Origin: a virus
Reading direction: 5' to 3' (one strand)
Length of the DNA stretch: 64,000 bases
Virus record (IMG/VR): IMGVR_UViG_3300045911_000143
Coordinates: 1-64,000 of that record
Each line of letters starts with the position of its first letter. Within the stretch, counting starts at the first letter, position 1. The notes under the pieces were generated by a model that was not told where the DNA came from, did no database searches, and saw only the letters and a program-made list of their open reading frames with translations. Of this stretch, positions 60,493 through 64,000 are shown in pieces. A program made the position numbers and the translations under genes.

Positions 60493-60897
60493 TCAATAGA
60501 CCTTAAATTTGTTATGTTTCCAATATTTTATATTACCTTCTGTTATAGGATTTGAAAGGTGCATCTGTAAATTCAGGCGAAGTGCATTTTCGACACACTT
60601 CTTATTTAAGCCTTTGTTTCTAAAGGATTTTTGAGTGTATGAATGGATGTATCTATCTTTACCCATTTGCATGTCACCATCACCGTTGAAGAAATAACGG
60701 CTAAAGATGATAGTCCATGAACGAGCAACACCATCAATTTCAGCAATAGAAAGAATTAATTTAGACTCTGGATTGTTCTTATAATCCCTGAAACAGGGCC
60801 ACATCATACCATCTCTAAAATGAATCTTTTGTAATTGGGAGATGACACGCGGGGGGATGAACTGGCCGGGACGATAAACAACAAATTTGGTGTTCAT
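60493..60897 (-). CDS. GNAT-like acetyltransferase
   Basis: HSYTQKSFRNKGLNKK resembles acetyl-CoA binding motif A. Confidence 0.5.
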   Translation of the reverse strand: MNTKFVVYRPGQFIPPRVISQLQKIHFRDGMMWPCFRDYKNNPESKLILSIAEIDGVARSWTIIFSRYFFNGDGDMQMGKDRYIHSYTQKSFRNKGLNKKCVENALRLNLQMHLSNPITEGNIKYWKHNKFKVY

Positions 60898-61049
60898 GGA
60901 CAGTCCCCATTTTGATTGAGAGAAATGTAAGCCTGAGATTAAGACTTAACGCAGCAACCTTTCCGGTCATTATCCCACACTTGCAGGTGTAGGTTCTACC
61001 GTTATCCACGCACTCGTGTGCGTATTTGCCATACCTGCTCATTTATTTA

Positions 61050-61782
61050 AAGCGCGCGAGCTTATTGCGCTTGTCACCAATGACACTACTCATGGTTCTG
61101 TCTACCGCTTGCCTTGCGGGCAATAAGAGGACGCTAATCCCCTACGTGCGACTTTCCCACAACAATCTATCACCTTGCGAGTTCTAGACTGGCTTGATTC
61201 AGTTGCCTGTCAAGCATTAAGGTACTTTTCATCATTGGCCGGTGACAACTTTGCTATGTACTTATATACCATTCAAAGTTTTAATACCGCCTGAACTTGC
61301 GTGCCACCGTTGCTTCATAACCTTTTGGGCTACAAAATACAACACAAGTTCGTATCCGTTCATTGGCATTACTAGGATTGTCATTTTCGATCAAGCTGTT
61401 AACTTGACCTATTGACTGGATTACGCACTTGCCTGCCAAGACTCGCACTAAAATCCTACACCTTAGATAGTAAACTATGAAAGTTGCATCTACTAGAGGT
61501 TTGCTGCCTCAACAATTTCAGTTTTACCCTCAATTGCTTTCGTAGCATTCAGTCGTTTACCCCCTCACCCAACTCGGTAAGTGGATACCCCCTCTTTTGG
61601 AGAGGAATACATCCGGTGCTTTCTTGAATAGACCATATTGCTATGGCGAACGGGTTGGCGACCCATCCTTTATGCATATCACTATGCACTATCCTTGCAC
61701 TTAAAGAGTTGCCCCTTTAAGTGTGTCAAGCCAGACCTTTCGGTTTCGTTCCTTTATGGTGGAACTCATCAGTGGCTACCGT
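61050..61782 (-). ncRNA. Large structured ncRNA (GOLLD/ROOL-like)
   Basis: About 730 nt with no credible ORF, many GNRA-capped hairpins on the - strand, TTGACA(61816)-N16-TAAGAT promoter, adjacent to tRNAs. Confidence 0.7.
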
Positions 61783-62094
61783 TTAAACATCTTAACACAA
61801 ATTTATCGCTTGTCAACACTTATTAAAAAGAATTGGGATGGGCTACATCGTGATTATCAGCTTCATGGTTCGATGTTAGTTTCGCATTGTACCCCCATCC
61901 AGTACAAGCATAGCACATTCTCACTAGTGGACTACAGACAGGAACGTGCAACCATCTGTATATTTTTGAAACATGTAAAATTAACCTACATTTGATTCTA
62001 TTTATTCTAACATAAAGAGACAGTTTGTCAATTTTAATTAGAACAATTTTTCATAGAAAACAAAAAGAGACAATTCTGTGTTTTAAACGTAAAT

Positions 62095-62168
62095 TGGAGC
62101 GTCCTGTCAGAATCGAACTGACACCTTAAGATTGGAAGTCTTTGATTCTACCATTAAACTAAGGACGC
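62095..62168 (-). tRNA. tRNA-Gly(TCC)
   Basis: GCGTCCT/AGGACGC-T-CCA; AAGA-CTTCCAA-TCTT. Confidence 0.95.
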
Positions 62169-62215
62169 ACAAAACTATATATCAATTCAACAAAATCAGT
62201 ATAAACTTTCCCCTA

Positions 62216-62822
62216 TCACTTGTCAATATCTGGCATCACGGGTGGATCAGGGTGCCACCAAGGCACATCGTGTATATCACAAAACCCGGACCTACCATGA
62301 AAAGTTTGGTACTCTGCATCATAAGTGCCAATATACCAAATTTTAAACGGCGCAAAATAATAAAGAACCCGCTGACCATCTTTCGGTGGATTCTCAAGTG
62401 TCTTTTGAGGATTCCAATCAAACAAAACAGTCATTTGTATTCTCTTCTTGAACTAACCTTTAATAAAGGGCTTACGAAAGATGTTAAAGATTCTTATCAA
62501 TCCAGCCTGCAATATAAGAAAAAGATTTATGAGCAAAATCATTTAGAGAAATGAGCCTTTCCTCTATTGTGTCTCCACGATTATTAATTTTCCCCCACTT
62601 TATACAAGTCAATCCATTTGCTGCATACCATCTTGTAGATGGGGTGTCACCTGATTCAACTTTACCAGTCAAACACTTTTGCAAAACACCTAAGCAGCAA
62701 TAAGCATCGCTATCTTTATTGTATAAAGTACCAACGCGAGTCTGTTTATATTTACCGCTGCGCAATGCTTTGATCCACTTATTCTTAATCTTCTTGTCTA
62801 GTTTATTAGATGTATTTTTCAT
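62216..62822 (-). CDS. Two hypothetical ORFs (62216-62434, 62484-62822)
   Basis: The second has the widespread phage motif KWIKALRSGKYKQ...YCCLGVL...LNDF...F..IA. Confidence 0.75.
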
Positions 62823-62945
62823 GTGTTAACCTTAAGTTTGATTAAGTATAGACTATACTGAAATTATAGTCAAGTCAAGGTTGATGGAGTGTCACGGTAT
62901 CCAATATAGGGCTTGACCGTGCAATATTTTTATTGCAGTTTAATT

Positions 62946-63020
62946 TGGTCGGAGTGTGGTGAATCGAACACCAGAATTTCTCGCCCCAAACGAGACCCCG
63001 TACCACTCGGGAACACTCCG
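62946..63020 (-). tRNA. tRNA-Pro(TGG)
   Basis: CGGAGTG/CACTCCG-A-CCA; TCTCG-TTTGGGG-CGAGA. Confidence 0.93.
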
Positions 63021-63050
63021 ATTTATCTTTATTTATACTTACAGATATTT

Positions 63051-63127
63051 TGGTACAACCGACGAGATTCGAACTCGCAATCCCCAGATTGAAAGTCTGG
63101 TGGCTTAACCTGTTTGCCTACGGTTGT
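63051..63127 (-). tRNA. tRNA-Glu(TTC)
   Basis: ACAACCG/CGGTTGT-A-CCA; CCAGA-CTTTCAA-TCTGG. Confidence 0.92.
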
Positions 63128-63207
63128 ACTGTATGTGTACAGTATATATACATCTTTCATATTTGTCAAGGATGATGAAACTTTTCATTCTTGACGACTA
63201 ATTATCC

Positions 63208-63660
63208 TCAAATTTTTACAGTTTTATACTTTACTCCATTTTTATACCATGCTTTGCCACCATTAGGCCAAACTACGGCAGGTTCATCACCATCTCGGTG
63301 CAATACTCCGTATCTGTACCAACATTGTTTGCCATTAATGCATATAGACGCAACCTGATTATTCTCTCTATGCCGCAACCCAAATTTGTACCAGTGCATT
63401 TCTCCATTTGGAAATATAATGGAGGGTTCATCACTGTCACGATGGAGAACACCGTTATAGTAGTAGTACAGCCTGCCGTCAAAGTATTCTAATGCAGGTA
63501 AGTCATTGTTTCTATGGAACAATCCATCCTTAAACCAAGCCTTACTACCATTACTCCAGACTATTGCAGGTTCATCATCGTCACGATGAATTACGCCAAA
63601 TTCGTTACGGTATTCTACTCTTGAAAATTTACCGTCTTTGATTTCAACTTTCGTTAGCAT
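63208..63660 (-). CDS. HRD-repeat protein
   Basis: Five HRxxDxPA repeats. Confidence 0.88.
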   Translation of the reverse strand: MLTKVEIKDGKFSRVEYRNEFGVIHRDDDEPAIVWSNGSKAWFKDGLFHRNNDLPALEYFDGRLYYYYNGVLHRDSDEPSIIFPNGEMHWYKFGLRHRENNQVASICINGKQCWYRYGVLHRDGDEPAVVWPNGGKAWYKNGVKYKTVKI

Positions 63661-63856
63661 CTTCGTCTATAACTCTGATCTGCCAGTCATTATGAACCAC
63701 TTTGTCACCAGCATCAAGAGTTACATAGATTTCATTATAATCGTATTGCCCCCTGAATCCCTTCTTGGCTTCAACGGCAGTCACGATACCCTGACGTTTA
63801 GAGCCATCTAGTATCTGAACTCTCTGTCCTTTTTTAATAGTCCAAGACTGTTTCAA
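63644..63856 (-). CDS. Small SH3/KOW-like protein
   Basis: IKKGQRVQI...GIV; AGGAG SD. Confidence 0.6.
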   Translation of the reverse strand: MKQSWTIKKGQRVQILDGSKRQGIVTAVEAKKGFRGQYDYNEIYVTLDAGDKVVHNDWQIRVIDEDANES

Positions 63857-64000
63857 TTCCGGCTCCTAATCATAGAGGCACAGTTTTTCGCTACAGAAAT
63901 TGCAATCTGTGCGTTTTTACCTCTACTCGCACAAGATGCGGATACAGCCACGGCTTCACAAATCGAAGCACAGATTTCTCTCTCAGACTTTGATCCTGCA
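63853..64000 (-). CDS. 3' end of a small phage protein (edge-truncated)
   Basis: ...EREICASICE...NCASMIRSRN*. Confidence 0.6.
   Translation of the reverse strand, partial: AGSKSEREICASICEAVAVSASCASRGKNAQIAISVAKNCASMIRSRN

Overview
Window from a large (jumbo, T4-like/myovirus-type) bacteriophage genome using the standard genetic code. It has two visibly different halves. 1-33.1 kb is AT-rich and mostly + strand. It holds virion-type proteins with mucin-like Thr/Pro/Ser repeats, class Ia ribonucleotide reductase (nrdA/nrdB), a SpoU methylase, two kinase-like and one ADP-ribosyltransferase-like protein behind T4-type late promoters (TATAAATA), a glycosyltransferase cluster (including a GT10 fucosyltransferase), lysozyme, phosphoesterases, GMP reductase, a papain-like protease and a frameshifted alternative oxidase. 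A 12-bp tandem array at 33.3 kb marks the boundary. 33.5-64 kb is GC-richer, almost entirely - strand, and dense in sigma70 promoters and small genes. It includes ArdC- and ArdB-type antirestriction genes, two RNA ligases, a SAM-lyase-like protein, HNH and SleB. The window has about 8 tRNAs plus tRNA-like oddities, one being a Tyr-type class II body with a Thr anticodon. The most notable non-coding signals are: (i) three cassettes of about 0.62-0.66 kb with conserved flanks and unrelated cargo, spaced about 7.0-7.05 kb apart; (ii) two paralogous small RNAs with an identical 41-nt 5' scaffold and a covarying pseudoknot; (iii) a ~730-nt GOLLD/ROOL-like structured RNA; (iv) a dispersed G-rich promoter repeat in both orientations. 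All protein calls are by-eye motif recognition; no database searches were run.
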